Of a stretch of 5,132 nucleotides of DNA, positions 4,470 through 5,132 are shown in pieces (position 1 is the first letter of the stretch; each line of letters opens with the position of its first letter). A program made the translations under genes and the position numbers. Source of the DNA: a virus; IMG/VR virus record IMGVR_UViG_3300029310_000197, positions 1 to 5,132 of that record. The stretch is one strand, 5' to 3'. The notes under the pieces were generated by a model that did not search any database, was not told the DNA's origin, and was given only the letters and a program-made list of their open reading frames with translations.

Positions 4470-5132
4470 CTAACTATAAATTTGTGAAAGGTATTGCAAA
4501 TCATTTCGCAAACGCTTCTTGTCAAATGATTTATAAAACTCCTGAAGGACATGGCACTGGGCTTCCTTCCACTCAGAACGTAAAGAACGTTCAGACTCAG
4601 AAAGATTATAATCTGATACAATGAAAGAACAACGACGATAGGCATTGCGAAGCAAAGAATATATAGGAGATACACACTCAGAAAAAGTACGCGTAGGAGC
4701 ATCAAAAGTATACTCCTTAGAAATCGGAATATTAAAAAGAATAGTCTCATATGGAGAAAACAAATTAAAGAAAAGTTTGACGTAGTCGATATCTTGGAAA
4801 TCAGAAGAAAGAACTTGTTTGATAATCCGTACTATGTTAACATTTTGAGAACGTAGAAACTTTATAATTTCAGCAAGATTTTTTTTAAAACGAGGGGCTA
4901 AAACTTCCTGAAAATACTTTTTACCAATAGAAGTACTATGTAAACAAAAAGTATTATAAGTACGAGCATCAAAAAAAGCTGAAAAGGACGAGCGCTCAGA
5001 ATAGCTAACATAATCATCAAATTTTAATTCATTACCAAAATAAGGATTTGTACCACTCGCAGAAACGTACTTAACTATGTAAGACGAGGAACGTTCTTTC
5101 GAACGACATTCCTCTATAGAGGAAAAACCACA
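4470..5132 (-). CDS. Replication initiator (VP4-like), C-terminal part. 4470..5033 is unique (aa 177-363 plus a TAG stop at 4472..4470). 5034..5132 duplicates aa 144-176 already encoded at 1..99. The full protein is 363 aa.
   Basis: There is no stop in this minus frame from 5132 down to the TAG at 4472..4470. The frame is continuous with codons 102..100 at the window start. The 97-aa track ORF 4470..4763 is just the tail of this frame, beginning at an internal TTG (plus 4761-4763 = caa). Confidence 0.9.
   Translation of the reverse strand, partial: CGFSSIEECRSKERSSSYIVKYVSASGTNPYFGNELKFDDYVSYSERSSFSAFFDARTYNTFCLHSTSIGKKYFQEVLAPRFKKNLAEIIKFLRSQNVNIVRIIKQVLSSDFQDIDYVKLFFNLFSPYETILFNIPISKEYTFDAPTRTFSECVSPIYSLLRNAYRRCSFIVSDYNLSESERSLRSEWKEAQCHVLQEFYKSFDKKRLRNDLQYLSQIYS
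5034..5132. repeat. Terminal direct repeat, copy 2 of 2. Identical to 1-99.
   Basis: Exact 99/99 identity with the window start. Confidence 0.95.

Noticed and set aside
3696-4624. Plus-strand ORFs 3696..3938, 4285..4473 and 4400..4624
   Set aside because: They are antisense to VP2 and rep. They have no translational signals and no coherent protein features.
4470-4763. Track ORF of 97 aa reported as a separate minus-strand gene
   Set aside because: It is not independent. Its 'M' is a TTG internal to the rep frame (plus 4761-4763 = caa). The frame is open continuously up to 5132 and across the junction, so it is the C-terminus of Rep.
1-5132. Checked for CRISPR arrays, tRNA/rRNA genes, integrase/att sites and IS elements
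   Set aside because: No spaced repeat arrays, cloverleaf-capable segments or recombinase-like ORFs were found. The whole 5 kb is accounted for by five phage genes and two short intergenic regions.

Overview
The window is a complete circular ssDNA phage genome of the family Microviridae, gokushovirus-like, with a unit length of 5033 nt. Bases 1-99 are repeated exactly at 5034-5132, so the sequence was linearised with a 99-nt terminal redundancy inside the replication-initiator gene. All convincing genes are on the minus strand and tightly packed, with 2-5 nt spacers. There is a rolling-circle replication initiator (VP4-like), 363 aa, that wraps across the window ends. There is a minor capsid/DNA-pilot protein (VP2-like), a 122-aa protein in the VP3 position, a major capsid protein (VP1-like, 563 aa), and a 116-aa acidic protein with an N/Q-rich tail. 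The Rep shows RCR motif I, the HUH motif, a YxxKY two-tyrosine motif and an N-terminal CGKCxxC cluster. Two intergenic regions carry the regulatory structure. A GC-rich perfect hairpin and a 21-aa very basic micro-ORF lie upstream of VP1. A canonical stem+T6 intrinsic terminator, a second hairpin, an A10/T10 tract and a Bacteroidetes-style TAnnTTTG promoter motif lie upstream of rep. No gene has a Shine-Dalgarno sequence. In gene direction the order is rep -> VP2 -> ORF122 -> VP1 -> ORF116, which differs from the classical gokushovirus order in which VP1 precedes VP2 and VP3. No recognisable lysis gene is present; several +1-frame hydrophobic overlapping ORFs are flagged only as weak candidates.
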